This document shows, piece by piece, positions 32,470-43,018 of a stretch of DNA of 64,000 bases. Position 1 is the stretch's first letter. The number at the start of each line of letters is the position of its first letter. Made by a program: the position numbers and the translations under genes. The notes below the pieces were generated by a model. The model saw only the letters and a program-made list of their open reading frames with translations, was not told the DNA's origin and did not search any database. This stretch comes from an uncultured bacterium (lineage in GTDB: Bacteria > Actinomycetota > Acidimicrobiia > Spongiisociales > UBA5794), in contig CAWDDT010000007.1 in NCBI GenBank assembly GCA_963801165.1, positions 128,001 through 192,000 of the forward strand, given 5' to 3'.

Positions 32470-32822
32470 TGCCCGGCAAGCTGTTCCATCTGGACGTCGT
32501 CACTCCCGAAGCCATCATCTTCTCGGGTGCGGCTCAGATGGTGTCTGCCCGGACGACGGAGGGCGACATCGGCATCCTCGCCGACCACGAAGCGACGATG
32601 GCCGCCCTCGCCAGCGGCCCCGTGGTTATCACCGATGCCGACGATCACGTCACAACGATCGGGATCCACGGCGGATTCCTCCAGATCTTTGCCAACACCG
32701 TGACCCTGCTCACCGACCGCGCCGAGCGAACCGCAGGCGGCCGTGAGGAAGCCCTCCGCATCGCCGAGGAGTTCAAGGCCGCAGAACAGAGAGCGATCGA
32801 GCAAGCCGACCGCACCGCGTAG
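32469..32822 (+). CDS. atpC: F1 subunit epsilon
   Basis: VVTPE, EGDIGILADH, GGFLQI. Confidence 0.94.
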
Positions 32823-32848
32823 AGCCGGGCTCACCGCCGTCGCCCGCC

Positions 32849-33469
32849 GCTCGTCCTTCCCCCCTCGGACGGCCCGAGGGGCCGTCCGATCCCCCCGAAA
32901 TGGGGGGATCGCTGCCTTGCCCTCCGATGGCGGGAGGGGGTTGCTGTTTGTTTCGGGCCTTTGGCGTGGTAGTGACCCTCCCCTTGCGGGAGGGTCGAGG
33001 GAGCGCTCGCCGGAGGCGAGTGGCGAGCGAGGGAGGGTAGGCACTGCGGTGGCTGCTCGTCCTTCCCCCCTCGGACGGCCCGAGGGGCCGTCCGATCCCC
33101 CCGAAATGGGGGGATCACTGTCTTGACGTCTGATGGCGCTCGCCGTAGGCACTGCGGTGGCTGCTCGTCCTTCCCCCTCGGACGGCCCGAGGGGCCGTCC
33201 GATCCCCCCGAAATGGGGGGATCACTGTCTTGACGTCTGATGGCGCTCGCCGTAGGCACTGCGGTGGCCGCTCGTCCTTCCCCCCTCGGACGGCCCGAGG
33301 GGCCGTCCGATCCCCCCGATATGGGGGGATTGCTGTCGTGGTAGTGACCGAGGGGAGGGAGAAGGAATTCATCCTCCCTCTGGGAGGATCGACCGGCCCG
33401 CAGGGCCTGGTCGAGGAGGGCCTTGCGAATCGGTCCAGATTCACAGAAAGAGTGCAACCCGGATCGCTC
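32849..33469. repeat. Palindromic repeat mosaic (module B x4, module C, one further variant)
   Basis: GTCCTTCCCCCCTCGGACGGCCCGAGGGGCCGTCCGATCCCCCCGAAATGGGGGGAT near 32853, 33059, 33167, 33274 (last three about 108-bp period); 33357-33469 closely matches 59428-59539. Confidence 0.95.
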
Positions 33470-33474
33470 GGGGG

Positions 33475-33912
33475 TCACCCCATTGAGGCGGCGAATCGGT
33501 CTACCTGGGTGGGGAGGCCCCTCGATATAGCCTCACTGACCACCGGGAAGAACACGGTGGACAGCGCCCCGCGGGCCACTACTTCCAGGATGACGGTGAT
33601 GATGGTTGTGCCGTCGCCGTTCGGCTCGAGTTGGGTTTCCAGGCTGCCCGTGACCTCGCGGGCGTCGAGGTCGAGAACCATGCGCGTGGCCGGTTCTGCG
33701 ACACGCACCCGGGCGGTCCCCGGGTAGCGTCGTGACGCGACGGTGGTTGACCACCGGAACCCTTGGAGATTGCCTTCACTGTCGACCTCGGGGTCGGTGA
33801 TATGTTCGACGGGACCGATGTTGGCCCACGTCTCGGCGGTTTGCAGTGAATGCCACACATCGTCGGGAGCGGCGGCGGCCATGGCTCGATGCTTGAAGGT
33901 CGCTCGGGGCAT
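33475..33912 (-). CDS. SRPBCC/START-like family protein
   Basis: AAAPDDVWHSLQTAETW..IGPV start, beta-rich middle, C-terminal helix. Confidence 0.7.
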   Translation of the reverse strand: MPRATFKHRAMAAAAPDDVWHSLQTAETWANIGPVEHITDPEVDSEGNLQGFRWSTTVASRRYPGTARVRVAEPATRMVLDLDAREVTGSLETQLEPNGDGTTIITVILEVVARGALSTVFFPVVSEAISRGLPTQVDRFAASMG

Positions 33913-33972
33913 GTCGGGACAATAGCCTCTGTGGTCTGTCCGAAGGCGGCAGAACCGGTATCCTCCATTGGG

Positions 33973-35250
33973 ATGCGTCGAAGATTCCTGTTCGCGGTCC
34001 TGCTGTCGGATCTTCTTGCCCTTGCTCTGGCGATGGTGGTCGCGTCGTTCCTCATATACAGCGAGCCGCTGCCGTGGATAGGCACGCGTCCGTCGCAGAA
34101 CATCCTGCCCATGCTCGGCCTTCTGGTCGGCGGCGCCCTGTTCGGGTCGTACACCAGTCTCCGCATGTGGGCGCAGGGCACACCCCGACCGTCGTACGGC
34201 AGGGCGGTCGCCATCGTCGTGATCAGCGCCGCCGTCACCGCGATCGGCATCGTGCTGGCCCGTCCCTACTGGTCCCGACCCTATCTGGCGTCGGTGCTCG
34301 GGCTCTGGCTTGTGGGCTCCCTGGTCCATCGTTATCTGCGCCGGCTACGGCCGTGGTCGGAGAACCTGGTGATCATCACCGGTGAGAAGGGCTTGGTCGA
34401 GGATCTGCGGGACGCCGAGCACACCAACATCGTCGAGGTGTACGACCCGGCGGGCGAGCCGCCGACGGAGTTGCCTGAGTCGGTGACGCTGGTCGTCGAT
34501 CTCCGACCGGTGATGTCCGACATGATGGCGCAGTTCGTGTCGTCCTGGAACCTGGCCGGGTACCCGATCCGGGCTTTGTCGACAGTCTATGAGGAGTACA
34601 CCGGGCGGCTGCCGATGGTCCATCTCGCCGACGGGTGGGAGCTGTCGGCTCCGATGCGGCGTAACGACTACGCCAGCTTCAAGCGCGCCATCGACACGGC
34701 CCTCGTGTTGCTGACGGCGCCGCTCTGGATCCTGCTGGCGGCGTCGATCTGGGTAGCGGTTCGGATCGATTCTCGCGGTGCCGCCATCTACAGACAGCTT
34801 CGCATCGGTCGGGAGGGTGACATCTTCACCCTCTATAAGTTCCGGACAATGGTTGTCGATGCCGAGAAAGATGGTCCCCAGTTCGCCGCGCCCAACGACG
34901 CCCGCCTGACCAACATGGGCAAGGTCCTGCGAAGGTTCCGGGTCGACGAGATCCCACAACTGGTGAACGTGGTCAAGGGCGATCTGAGTCTGGTAGGTCC
35001 CCGGCCCGAGCGCCCGGTATTCACCGAGCAGTTCGAGGGCTCGATCCCCTTCTACAGCTACCGGCACCTGGTGCGACCGGGAGTGACCGGGTGGGCCCAG
35101 GTCAACTTCGGATATGCCGACAACGAGCGGGAGACCGTCGAGAAGCTGACGTACGACCTGTACTACGTCAAGCACATGTCCCCGTGGTTGGACATGCTGG
35201 TTCTCGGCCGCTCCATCTGGACCGTCTTGACCGGCTTCGGAGCCAAGTAG
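33973..35250 (+). CDS. Polyprenyl-phosphate glycosylphosphotransferase (initiating sugar transferase)
   Basis: 4 N-terminal TM; KRAID, YKFRTM, RVDEIPQL, SLVGPRPERP, PGVTGWAQV, DLYYV. Confidence 0.93.
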   Translation: MRRRFLFAVLLSDLLALALAMVVASFLIYSEPLPWIGTRPSQNILPMLGLLVGGALFGSYTSLRMWAQGTPRPSYGRAVAIVVISAAVTAIGIVLARPYWSRPYLASVLGLWLVGSLVHRYLRRLRPWSENLVIITGEKGLVEDLRDAEHTNIVEVYDPAGEPPTELPESVTLVVDLRPVMSDMMAQFVSSWNLAGYPIRALSTVYEEYTGRLPMVHLADGWELSAPMRRNDYASFKRAIDTALVLLTAPLWILLAASIWVAVRIDSRGAAIYRQLRIGREGDIFTLYKFRTMVVDAEKDGPQFAAPNDARLTNMGKVLRRFRVDEIPQLVNVVKGDLSLVGPRPERPVFTEQFEGSIPFYSYRHLVRPGVTGWAQVNFGYADNERETVEKLTYDLYYVKHMSPWLDMLVLGRSIWTVLTGFGAK

Positions 35251-35326
35251 CCGCGTGACCTGCCCGAGGGGCAAGGCACGTTTGAGTTTCGCACCGTCGA
35301 AGCTCAGCGTTGTGCGGTGCCGCACG

Positions 35327-36355
35327 TCATCCGACCGTCCAGAACCAGCGGTTCCGGTGGTACCAGGCGAACGTCTCGGTGAGAGCGTGCTCGAGGGAGG
35401 TTTCCAACACTGGCCCCAGCCCCAGTTGCTCGGCCAGGAAGGTGTCGGGCCATTGTGCGGACTGGACACCCGTCCGGTCGGAGGGCAGCAGCGTCTCTGT
35501 GACCACTCCGTCGGGGACGACCCCGTCGAGCACCGAGACGAACTTGCGCAGTGCCATCGGCCGGTACCCCGGGGCGTTGACGACGGTTGGGAAGTCGGCG
35601 GCACCGCGGGCACCGGCGAGACGGATCATCCACTCCGCGGCGTCTGTGGCGTAGGTGAGCGCAAACATCGGGTCTCCCGGAGGGAGCGAGAGCGGCCGGC
35701 CCTGGAGCGCGGCGATTACGAGGTTGGCGATGAGCCTGGCAGGAGACTGGGCCCCGCCGAACACGATCGGGAGCCGGACCACGCACCCCTCGACGATGCC
35801 GGTGCGGATGGCGGTGGAGATGATGGTGGTCGCCAGCAGCTTGCTCGTGCCGTATGCGGATGTGGGGAGAGCCTGGGCGGATTCCAGCCATGGTGCCGGG
35901 GCGATCCCGTACTCGTCCTCGGATCCGACCCAGATCAGAAATGGGCGCCTCTCCGGGTCGACCATCTCGATCGCGTCGATGATGGCGGTCGCCGCCTGGT
36001 AGTTGTCTGAATAGCTGCCCAGCCAGCCGTTCGCACCTGGTGGAGGAAACGCCCGGTCCGCGGCGCTCACAACCACGTCGGGCCGGTATCTCCCGAGTAC
36101 GTCGCTGATCTGCTCGCGGTTGGTGACCTCACCCGCGACCGCAGGGAGTTGCCGGGCGTTCAGGGATCTGAGGATCCGGTCGCCGCGCTCGATGTCGGCG
36201 TCGCGAGAGAAGCCCAGCACGTGCATGCCGGTGCGGTGACCGGCGACGGCAAGATGAGACCCGACACACGTGTCGTGTCCCAGTACCAGCAACTTGGGCA
36301 CGTCTGACGGCCCGATGGTCACCGGCCGTCTCGTCTCACGGCACCTCGGCAACAT
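35327..36355 (-). CDS. NAD-dependent epimerase/dehydratase family protein
   Basis: Degenerate Rossmann GHDTCVG, GSEDEYG, YGTSK (YxxxK), SLEHALTETFAWY; start uncertain. Confidence 0.8.
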   Translation of the reverse strand: MLPRCRETRRPVTIGPSDVPKLLVLGHDTCVGSHLAVAGHRTGMHVLGFSRDADIERGDRILRSLNARQLPAVAGEVTNREQISDVLGRYRPDVVVSAADRAFPPPGANGWLGSYSDNYQAATAIIDAIEMVDPERRPFLIWVGSEDEYGIAPAPWLESAQALPTSAYGTSKLLATTIISTAIRTGIVEGCVVRLPIVFGGAQSPARLIANLVIAALQGRPLSLPPGDPMFALTYATDAAEWMIRLAGARGAADFPTVVNAPGYRPMALRKFVSVLDGVVPDGVVTETLLPSDRTGVQSAQWPDTFLAEQLGLGPVLETSLEHALTETFAWYHRNRWFWTVG

Positions 36356-36508
36356 CGGATGGATCGCTCAGCGATCACCGGCATGGTCTTCAAGTCAGGA
36401 ACCCCCTGTCGAACCTCGACCCTCGTTCGTAGCGTACCCGGGTTCGTGCCCGTACATGGAACGGGCCGGATCGTGGTCCGGGCCGTTCAGATTTGCGGTT
36501 CGATCGCG

Positions 36509-39500
36509 CTAGGGGAGCAGATCCGCTGCGCGGTGCAGGAAGGCGGCCATCTGCCCGCGCGTCACGTTCTGGTTGGGACAGAACATGGTGTTGGACGGCG
36601 GGTTGCAGCCCTTGGTGATCCCGGCGGTGGCGAGTATGTCGATGTTGTGCGCAAAGACGTTGCCGCCCGTATCGGTGAACAGACCCCCGCCTCCGTCGTC
36701 GGTGAGACCGAGCGCTCGCACCAGGAACGCCGCCATCTGCCCCCGCGTGACGTTGTCGTTGGGACAGAAGTGGTCGTTCGCCGGCGGGTTGCAGCCCTTG
36801 GTGATGCCGGCGGTGGCGAGTATGTCGATGTTGTTCTCGAAGATGTTGCCGTCGTCGTCGGTGAACAGATCACCGCCGCCATTGTCGGTGAGACCGAGGA
36901 ACCGCACCAGGAAGGCCGCCATCTGTCCACGGGTGACGTTGGCAGTCGGGCAGAACTCGTCGTTCACCGGCGGGTTGCATCCCTTGGTGATGCCCTCCTC
37001 TGCCAGCCACAGGATGTCGGCTGTGAACACGCTGCCGGCGAGGTCACCCAGTGCCGTGAATTCGATGTAGAACTGCGTACTGCTGACGTCGTCGTTGATA
37101 TCGACCACGATGGCGTAGTTGCCGGCCTGACTCGGCGTGAACGTAAAGGTCGACTCTGTTTCATTGATCGGCAGGAATACTTGACCGTGATCGAGGTCGA
37201 TGACCCGCCACAGGTAGACGATCGGCCCCGTGCCGCTGGCATTCTCGATTCCACTGAAGGTCGAGCCCACCCCCGGGACGCCGTACGCCGGACCGTCGAT
37301 AGTCACCTGGAGCGCATCCGAGTTGGTCACCGTGACGCTGACGGAAGGTCCGGACAGACCGTTGAACGGTGTGTCGGTCGAGGTCGCGCTGTGCTGGATC
37401 GATGTGAGTCTCCGTGGCCTCGGCGATACCGTCGGCAACGCCGGTAACGGACACGGTCTGGGCGGTGTTCCAGTTGTTCGTCGTGAAGATGAGGCTCGAC
37501 GGGCTGACACCCAGTTCGCTGTTCGTGTAGGTGAAGCTGATCGTGACGTTTGATGTGGGTCGGGCGGCAAGCTTCACGGTGTAGGTGTCGGCGGCGCCGC
37601 CCTCGGTCACGGCCGTGCTGCCGCCGGACTCGGTGATGGTTATGCCTGCGGTGTCGTCATCGGTGATGCTCACCGATTCCATTCCGGTAATCCCGTTGTA
37701 GCCGCCACCGGTAGCGGAGAGGCTGATGACCCCGCTGCGGCTGCCGTCGTCGTAGCTGTTGTTGACCCCGGTGACGGTGACCGTCTGGTCGCTCGAGTAG
37801 TTGCCGGTGGTGAAGGTCAGAGTCGGCTTGTCGATGGTGAAATCGGCGCCGAACATGGTCTTGGTGAGCGTCACGGTCACTGTGCTAGTCGGTAGCTTGG
37901 TGAGGTGGACCTTGAAGGTGTCGGTCCCACCGTTCTCTGCTACCTGCGTCCCGCCGCCAGTCGGGGTGATGACGAAGTTGCGGGATTCGTCGTCGATGAT
38001 CGTGATGGTGTGGGTGGTGTTCCCCGTGCCAATTTCGCCTGTGGCCGGTGACATTCTGCAGCCCGAGAATGATGGTCTCGGCGGGGTCTACTGCGCTGTC
38101 GTTAGTGATGAAGACAGTTGCCAGCTGGGTGTTCCCGGTGCTGGCACCGATCGGGAAGGTCAGGGTCTCGCCGGCGAATGTGTAGTCGCGCGCCATCGTC
38201 GCCGTTCCGCCGGTGGCGGAGACATGGACGGTCACGGGTGCGAGAAGTGTCCGCCCCCGGGGACGGTCAGCGTCACACCGACATTGTGGTTCGCTATGTC
38301 CTCCTGCGCGTTCGATGTCGGGTTGAGAAAGTTCACGCTCACGGGTCGTCGTCGGTGATGTGGACGGCGACACTACCCACCGAGACCCCGGCGTAGTCAC
38401 CGCCGGACGCCGTGTGCGTGATCGTGAACGTGTGGGGGTTGGCCTCGTAGTTTGGGTCATCCTTGCCTTCACGGTAACGGTCTGTGCCATGTCCCAGTTC
38501 GTGCTGTTGAAGGAAAGTGAGCCGCTCGGCGTCGTAGATCACCTGGCTATCGCTCGCGGTGTTGATAGTGATTGTCACCGGTCCGGTTGGCTCGCTGTCG
38601 AGGATCGACTGTATACGTGTCGGTTGTTTCGCCCTGCTCCGACACGTCAGTCGAGCCGCTCGACTGGGTGATGGTCACGCCCTTGGTGTTGTTGTCGGTG
38701 ACGTTGACGGTAACGCTGGAGACTGTGACGCCGCCGTAGTCGCCGCCTGCTGCGGTCATGGTGATGGCGGCGCTGGAGTCCCCATCGTCGATGTCGTCGT
38801 TGACCGGGGTAACGGTGACGGTTTGGTCGTCGCTCCAAGTGGTGTCGCTGAAGATGAGTGAAGTCTTGTTTACGGTGAACTGTCCGGCGGCGGCGCCAGC
38901 ATTGATCGTGATGGTGACCGTCCCGGTTGGTTGAGAGTTGAGGTGCACGTTGTAGGTGCCGTTGCTGCCACCCTCCGCCAGATTCAACGTCGTGGGGGTC
39001 ACCGAGACGCCTTTGGTGTCGTTGTCGTTTACGGTGACGGAGACGTCGTCGGGGTTGAGGCCGGTCGTAGTTGCCGTCGGACGATGTGGCCGCGGCGTTG
39101 ACTGGCGGCGCTGGTAGTTGCCGTCTGTCGATGTCGTCGTTGACCGGCGGTGACGGTGACGGTTTGATTCCGGTGTGACCAGTTCCCGGTGGTGAAGGTG
39201 AGCGAGGATGTTGTAGACGGTGAACTCGCCAGCGGCGGCGCTGGCGTTGATCGGTGATGGTGACCGATGCGGTTGGTTCAGAGTTGAGGCTGCACGTTGT
39301 AGGTGCCGGTTGCTGCCACCCTCGGTGAGATTCAACGTCGTCGGACTGACCGTCGACGCCGTGTTGGTGTCGTTGTCGGTGACGTTGACGGAGACGTCGT
39401 CGGAGACGGTGACGCCGGTGGTAGTCGCCGTCGGCGATGCGGCCGCGGCAGTTGGTGATGGTGTCTGAGGTGGTGCCGTCTGCGATGTCGTCGTTGACCG

Positions 39501-40157
39501 CGGTGACGGTGACATCTACTCCGGTGTCACCAGTTACCGGAGTTGAGGATGACCGACGTTGTCGAGCGGTGGCTTCACCGGTTGTGTTGGCACACGCTGA
39601 TCGTGACCGGTGTCGGTTGGTTCTGAGGTCAGGCTGATGTTGTAGCTGTCGGTTGCTCCACCCTCCGTCACAGTTGTGTTGCCGCCCGTCTCCGTGACCA
39701 CGATCCCGGCTGTGTCATTGTCCGTGACGTTGGCGGTCACATTGGCGATCATGATGCCGTTGTAGTTCGTATCGCTGGACGCGGCGGTGTGGCTAATTGT
39801 CCCGGTGTGGGCACCCTCAGCGATGTCGTCATTGACTGCGGTCACTGTGACTGTCTGCGGCGTGTCCCAATCCGAGGTAAGGAAGGTGAGAGTTCCTTTG
39901 TCTACCGATACCTGGGCGTCAGGAGTGACTGTGATGGTGACCGTACCGGTCGGAATCTCGTCTAGGACAACATCGTACGAATCGGTGGCCCCGCCCTCTG
40001 TGACGTCGGTGGAGGCGGCGCTCTCGGTGATAGTCACTCCTGGGGCGGCCAGTGCCGCGGGCGCGCGGACACCAATTGCAACCAGCGATGCGACAAGCGA
40101 CATCACCGCCAGCAAGACGACTCGCCGGTTAGTAAATGACACGGGAAATGCGCTCAT
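36509..40157 (-). pseudogene. Large Thr-rich surface protein (Calx-beta/Ig-like repeats plus 3 SLH-like repeats), multiply frameshifted as given
   Basis: Signal peptide at 40157; repeats VTEGGATDSY.V.L...PT.TVTIT...LTF...W...QTVTVTAVNDD spread over at least six ORF fragments; C-terminal GITKGCNPP..FCP..VTRGQMAAFL x3. Pseudogene versus sequence error unresolved. Confidence 0.75.
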
Positions 40158-40227
40158 CTCAGAATCTCCTCTAAACGGTCCCTACCGCAGTTGTGAGTCG
40201 ATAGGGTAGCGGGCGTGGGGTGGCTTA

Positions 40228-41953
40228 TCACCCTGCGGCCCTGTGTAGGAACGCTGCCATCTGTTCTCTGGTCACTGACTGGTACGGGCAGAACTTCGTG
40301 TTGTCGGGCGGGTTGCACCCTTTGGTGATCCCGGCTGCAGCCAGCCTGGCGATGTCGGTCTGGAACACCGACTGGTTGTCATCGGTGAACGTGTTGCCAC
40401 CGCCGTCATCTGTGAGGTGATATGCCCGCACCAGGAACGCCGCCATCTGCTCGCGGGTGACCCGGTCGTTCGGGCAGAACTTCGTGTTGTCGGGCGGGTT
40501 GCACCCTTTGGTGATCCCCGCCGCCGCTAGTTGGGCGATGTCGTTCTCGAAGATGGAGCCGTCGTCGTCCACGAAGTTGTTACCGCCACCGTTGTCGGTG
40601 AGACCGAGAGCCCGCACCAGGAACGCCGCCATCTCGCCCCGGGTGACGGTGTTCTTCGGGCAGAACTGACTGTTGGCGGGCGGGTTGCATCCCTTGGTGA
40701 CAGCGGCGTCGGCGAGCCACAGGATGTCGTCGACGAACTGGCTGGAAGCAATGTCGACGAAGGGAAGGCTGTTTGCCGGGTCGCCGACGGCGAGCACGTA
40801 GCCGTCGCCGTCACGGCCGATGACTTCGATCTGGATACCTTGAAGCGTGATGCCCTCGCCCACCTGGAGGACGTGCTCGACGCCGTCTGGGTTGGTCGGC
40901 TCCGGGCGCTGGTCCCGCCATATACCCGGGCAGATGGCGCCGAAGGCCGGTTCACCGCAGTCGTGGTCGATCTTGTAGACCTCGACCCCCTGCCACTCCG
41001 CCGGGATCGGGTCGTGGGCGCTGGTGGTGCGCGTCCCCAGCGTGTAGAAGACCCCGTCGGTTGCGGTGGGCACGACGAGCATCTGGTCTCCCGACCGGTT
41101 GAACGGTTGCAGCGACACCTGCTGGTAGAACGGTGTGGCGAACACGACGTCGTTCGGCTCGATCCAGCCCGACTGGTAGCGATTGAACGCCAGGGTGCTG
41201 TAGGGCTGCGGCTCGGTCCAGCCGTCGATGGTGAGGTTGCCGCTCATCAGGTCGATCGGGTTGTCGTACTCGCTCTGCCCGGAGTTGGAATGCGGCCATT
41301 GCAGGGTATGGCCGATCTCGTGGGTCGCGACCGAAGGGAAACCGCGCAGGGCAGGGGCGCCGACCACGGCGTAGCGCCCGCTCTCGGGGAAGGTGCCGGG
41401 GATGTCGTCGCAGTTGCCGGTGCCCGCGCAGACGAGCCCCGGCGAGGCGTAGCCACCGCCCGTCACCGAGTCGATGACCATGACCCCCTCCGGCTTCCCG
41501 ACGGTGGCGATCCTTCCGGTACTGAGGTCGTCTATACAGTCGGTGTTGGAACTGGTGCCGCCTGCGGTAAACGTGATGGAATAGCGCCCACCGGACAGGT
41601 CATCGAAGTAGTCGACAGTGGCCGCCTTCAGATCGGCGATGGCCGCATTCATCGTGTATCCGGTGTCGCCGCACAGCCACACCTCCCAGTGGTCGGTGTC
41701 GAGCGAGTAGCGCTGCACGAACGGGGCCTTGGGAACCAGCCGCAGCGGGTCGTCGTCGAGAACACCCGCCGTGCTGTCGAGAGCACCCGCCGTGCTGTCG
41801 AGCTGCACCGTATCCGGACCGGCGACGATGGGGGCTACCCAGTCGACCTCGTCGAGCACCCTCTCCCCGGTGGAGCCGGACGCGGCAGTAGGGGGAAACG
41901 GCGGCGGGTATGAGCAGCAGTAGTACTGCGGCACCACGCTTCCATTGACGCAT
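40228..41953 (-). CDS. Secreted zinc metallopeptidase with 3 SLH-like repeats (frameshift near N-terminus)
   Basis: HEIGHTLQWPH zincin motif, YDNPIDLMSG Met-turn, TKGCNPP repeats; signal peptide MRQWKRGAAVLLLLIPAA lies in another frame, joining near the G5 run at 41891-41895. Confidence 0.8.
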
Positions 41954-42061
41954 AAGACGTCCTTTCCCCGTCAGGGACGCCTTTCACAGAGCCCCCCAGA
42001 CACGATGACCATAGCGAAATGGGGCGGTTAAGCACAGACGGCAATTTCTATACTCCGCCTG

Positions 42062-43018
42062 GTGTTTCTCACCAACGGCCCCCGGGTTTTCGTCGTCCTC
42101 GTCAACTACCGGAACCCGGGCGACACGTTACGGTGCCTGGCAACCCTGCGGTGCGGTTCCGACCGTGACGTCCACCCGGTGGTCGTCGACAACGCTTCGG
42201 GCAACGGCGACGCCGTGCGGCTGCGCTCGGCGCTCGGTCCGGCTGTGCCCGTGCTCGAAACCCCCGCCAACCTCGGTTACGCCGGCGGCAACAACGTGGG
42301 CATCCGGTACGCACTCGAGCGCGACGGCGACTTCGTGTGGCTTCTCAACCCCGACACCGAAGTCGAACCGGAGACGCTGACGGGCTTGATGACGACGATG
42401 AGCCTTCGCCCCGACGCCGGGTTCGTCGGCTCGCTGAATCTCTTCGGTGGCTCCGATCCTCCCACCATCCAATTCGCCGGCGGTCACATCGACTGGGCGG
42501 GAGGCGTTGTCGCCGAGAGCATCGGCCGGGGCAAGCCGCTGTCGTCACGGCCCCAGCGCGATCCGTACGAGGTCGACTACGTGGCGGGGACCAGCATGCT
42601 GGTGCGGCGGCGGGTCTTCGAGGACGTCGGGCTGCTCCCCGAGCACTACTTCCTCTACTTCGAGGAGACCGACTTTCAGGTCACCGCGGCCCGCCACGGC
42701 TGGAAGAGTGTGATCAATCCGCTGGCCCGCGTCTGGCACTACCAGGGGTCTGCCACCCATCTCCCCGCCCCCTACTACACCTACTACTACATACGGGGCC
42801 GGCTGCTGTTCGCCAAGAAGTTCACCGAATTCGACGACGAGACGATCGTGGCCGGGCTCGACGGCTTCATCGAAGGCTGGCGGACCCGGGTCGGCGAGCG
42901 GGCGCCCGGGTGGCTCGACACCTACAACCGGCTCGTCGACCGGGCACTTGCCGATGGGAAGGCCGGGGTCACCGGCCCCCGGGCCGACGTCGATGAGATG
43001 CGCAGACCGGGTGAGTGA
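42062..43018 (+). CDS. Glycosyltransferase family 2 (rhamnosyltransferase-like)
   Basis: VLVNY, VVDNAS, NLGYAGGNNVG, LLNPD, YFLYFEETD. Confidence 0.92.
   Translation: MFLTNGPRVFVVLVNYRNPGDTLRCLATLRCGSDRDVHPVVVDNASGNGDAVRLRSALGPAVPVLETPANLGYAGGNNVGIRYALERDGDFVWLLNPDTEVEPETLTGLMTTMSLRPDAGFVGSLNLFGGSDPPTIQFAGGHIDWAGGVVAESIGRGKPLSSRPQRDPYEVDYVAGTSMLVRRRVFEDVGLLPEHYFLYFEETDFQVTAARHGWKSVINPLARVWHYQGSATHLPAPYYTYYYIRGRLLFAKKFTEFDDETIVAGLDGFIEGWRTRVGERAPGWLDTYNRLVDRALADGKAGVTGPRADVDEMRRPGE

Noticed and set aside
32849-33469. Simple rho-independent terminator for the atp operon
   Set aside because: Hairpins lack U-tracts and belong to the dispersed repeat family; a termination role is possible but not shown.
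36509-40157. Diversity-generating retroelement or programmed frameshifting of the surface protein
   Set aside because: No reverse transcriptase and no adenine-specific TR/VR pair seen; the indels are numerous and irregular.
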